From the IMG/VR virus record IMGVR_UViG_3300042350_000206, positions 1 through 44,162 of that record: 44,162 nt of DNA; one strand, 5' to 3'. Numbering within the stretch: the stretch's first letter is position 1; every line of letters begins with the position of its first letter. Source of the DNA: a virus (taxonomy: Duplodnaviria; Caudoviricetes). The notes beneath the pieces were generated by a model, which worked only from the letters and a program-made list of their open reading frames with translations, was not told the origin of the DNA and did not search any database. Made by a program: the position numbers and the translations under genes. Below, one piece after another: positions 42,328-44,162 of this stretch.

Positions 42328-44162
42328 TGAGCAACTACTTGCCTACAGACTACCAAGCCTTCATCCATACTTCGAGGTATGCTCGTTGGCTTGAAGAAGA
42401 GAACCGCCGTGAGACTTGGGGTGAGACTGTCTCTCGTTACCTGACCAAGGTTGTCGTTCCGAAGACCCGTGACGAGATTGTTGTCGATGACATTGAAGAG
42501 GCTATCCTTGGCCTTGAGATCATGCCTTCGATGCGGGCGCTTATGACTGCTGGTCCTGCCTTGGATCGTGACAACACTGCTGGCTACAACTGCAGCTACC
42601 TCCCGGTGGACGACCCCAAGTCCTTCGACGAAGCTATGTTTATCCTGCTCTGTGGCACTGGCGTAGGCTTCTCCGTTGAGCGTCAATACGTCTCTAAGCT
42701 GCCTGAGGTTCCCGACCAACTCTTCGTCGCTGAGGATGTCATTGTAGTCCACGACAGCAAAGAGGGCTGGGCTAAGTCCTTCCGTAAGCTGGTGGCTATG
42801 CTCTACGCAGGGGAAATCCCTACGTGGGACACCTCGAAGGTCCGTAAGGCTGGCGCTAAACTCAAGACCTTTGGTGGTCGTGCCTCTGGTCCCGGTCCTC
42901 TGGAAGACCTCTTCCGCTTCACCGTGGCTATGTTCAAGGGTGCTCAGGGGCGTAAGCTCTCGTCCATTGAATGCCACGACCTGATGTGTAAGATTGGTGA
43001 AGTTGTCGTTGTGGGTGGTGTACGCCGCTCTGCCATGATCTCTTTGTCGAACCTGTCGGACGACCGTATGCGTCATGCTAAGTCTGGCAACTGGTGGGAG
43101 AACCAAGGTCAACGTGCTCTGGCTAACAATTCGGTAGCCTACACTGAGAAGCCCGACATGGAAACCTTCATGCGTGAGTGGCTCTCTCTTGTCGAATCCA
43201 AGTCTGGTGAACGTGGTATCTTCTCTCGTCCAGCCAGCAAGAAGCAAGCTAACAAGAGTGGACGACGCAATGCAGACTATGACTTTGGTACTAACCCATG
43301 CAGTGAAATCATTCTTCGCCCGTATCAGTTCTGTAATCTCACGGAAGTCGTGGTCAGAGCTACGGATACACTTGAGGACTTGGAGCGGAAAGTAACTCTG
43401 GCTACGATCCTTGGTACCATCCAGAGCACCTACACGCACTTCCCCTACCTGCGTAAGATTTGGCAGAAGAACACAGAGGAAGAGCGTCTCTTGGGTGTGT
43501 CGTTAACTGGCATCATGGATAACCTCGCTCTGTCTGGTGCCATTGACAAAGATGCTGGCATTGCTTGGGGTTTCTGTGGCGACGAAAACTGGGGACTAAC
43601 ACAAACCTTGGAGCATCTCAAGAATGTCGCTGTCGCTACTAACGCTGAGTGGGCTGAACGTCTTGGCATCCCTGCTTCTGCTGCTATTACTTGCGTTAAA
43701 CCGTCTGGAACGGTATCTCAACTGGTCGACTCCGCTTCTGGTATTCATGCTCGTCACTCAGCCTATTATATTCGGACTGTTCGTGGCGACAACAAAGACC
43801 CCCTGACGCAGTTCATGAAGGATCAGGGTATCCCTAACGAACCTTGCGTTATGAAGCCTGAGACGACAACGGTGTTTAGCTTCCCGCAGAAGTCCCCTCA
43901 GGGTGCCATCACTCGTAACGACATGACCGCTATTGAACAGTTGTCGTTGTGGCTTACGTATCAGCGTAATTGGTGCGAACATAAACCATCTGTGACTGTT
44001 ACCGTACGGGATCACGAATGGTTGGAAGTTGGTGCGTGGGTCTACAAGTACTTCGATGAAGTCTCTGGTGTATCATTTTTGCCACACTCGGACCACACCT
44101 ACCAACAGGCACCCTATCAGGATTGCAGTGAACGTGAGTACCTTGACGCTCTTGCCCTGATG
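42327..44162 (+). CDS. nrdJ: Class II ribonucleotide reductase, 5' part (649 aa after joining to 1-256)
   Basis: ATG 42327 (MSNYLPTDYQAFIHTSRYARW), MPSMR, YNC, GTGVGFS, VGGVRRSA, TNPCSEI..CNL, VKPSGT; missed by the ORF track because it runs off the end. Confidence 0.92.
   Translation, partial: MSNYLPTDYQAFIHTSRYARWLEEENRRETWGETVSRYLTKVVVPKTRDEIVVDDIEEAILGLEIMPSMRALMTAGPALDRDNTAGYNCSYLPVDDPKSFDEAMFILLCGTGVGFSVERQYVSKLPEVPDQLFVAEDVIVVHDSKEGWAKSFRKLVAMLYAGEIPTWDTSKVRKAGAKLKTFGGRASGPGPLEDLFRFTVAMFKGAQGRKLSSIECHDLMCKIGEVVVVGGVRRSAMISLSNLSDDRMRHAKSGNWWENQGQRALANNSVAYTEKPDMETFMREWLSLVESKSGERGIFSRPASKKQANKSGRRNADYDFGTNPCSEIILRPYQFCNLTEVVVRATDTLEDLERKVTLATILGTIQSTYTHFPYLRKIWQKNTEEERLLGVSLTGIMDNLALSGAIDKDAGIAWGFCGDENWGLTQTLEHLKNVAVATNAEWAERLGIPASAAITCVKPSGTVSQLVDSASGIHARHSAYYIRTVRGDNKDPLTQFMKDQGIPNEPCVMKPETTTVFSFPQKSPQGAITRNDMTAIEQLSLWLTYQRNWCEHKPSVTVTVRDHEWLEVGAWVYKYFDEVSGVSFLPHSDHTYQQAPYQDCSEREYLDALALM
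44021..44162. repeat. Terminal overlap, copy 2
   Basis: Matches 1-142 with two synonymous differences. Confidence 0.95.

Noticed and set aside
42084-43439. 451-aa minus-strand ORF (also 33619-34626, 35419-36081)
   Set aside because: Antisense to RNR, helicase and polymerase; shadow frames
44021-44162. Terminal repeat as the biological direct terminal repeat
   Set aside because: It lies inside the RNR coding sequence and looks like an assembly overlap; the real ends are more plausibly near 28.7-28.9 kb

Overview
Essentially complete, circularly permuted genome (unit length 44,020 bp; 44021-44162 repeats 1-142) of a lytic podovirus. It has T7-type replication and virion genes, but I can find no RNA polymerase, integrase, tRNA or CRISPR array. 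Gene content and the two-arm layout resemble SIO1/cobavirus-like phages (Zobellviridae); the host is probably an alphaproteobacterium (inference). The plus-strand arm (about 29.5 kb to the end, wrapping to 1586) carries small early genes, a Gp88-family protein, HNH-AP2, primase-helicase, a family A DNA polymerase split over two frames, SSB, ThyX, exonuclease, endonuclease I, metallophosphoesterase, a Tad2-like protein, MazG, class II RNR, PhoH and DUF3310. The minus-strand arm (28297 to 1646) carries probable TerS, a mosaic tail-fibre cluster, lysis genes, TerL, portal, scaffold, capsid, tail adaptor/nozzle, ejection proteins, a u-spanin and small basic proteins. The most unusual stretch is the ~1.2 kb between the arms (28.3-29.5 kb). 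It holds (i) a promoter-to-terminator ~240-nt structured RNA whose bulged CUG-UAAGAU motif recurs in the 5' UTR of the tail operon, and (ii) a dense array of different operator-like dyads: four alphaproteobacterial-type LexA boxes, a Zur-like box, four ArsR-like 20-mers and others, possibly a decoy or sensor for host transcription factors. Other notable features are an HNH gene that invaded a tail gene and supplied a recoded replacement 3' end, the frame-split polymerase, and a shared dyad over the -10 boxes of both terminase promoters, with terL apparently leaderless. All family calls come from motif recognition by eye; no searches were run.
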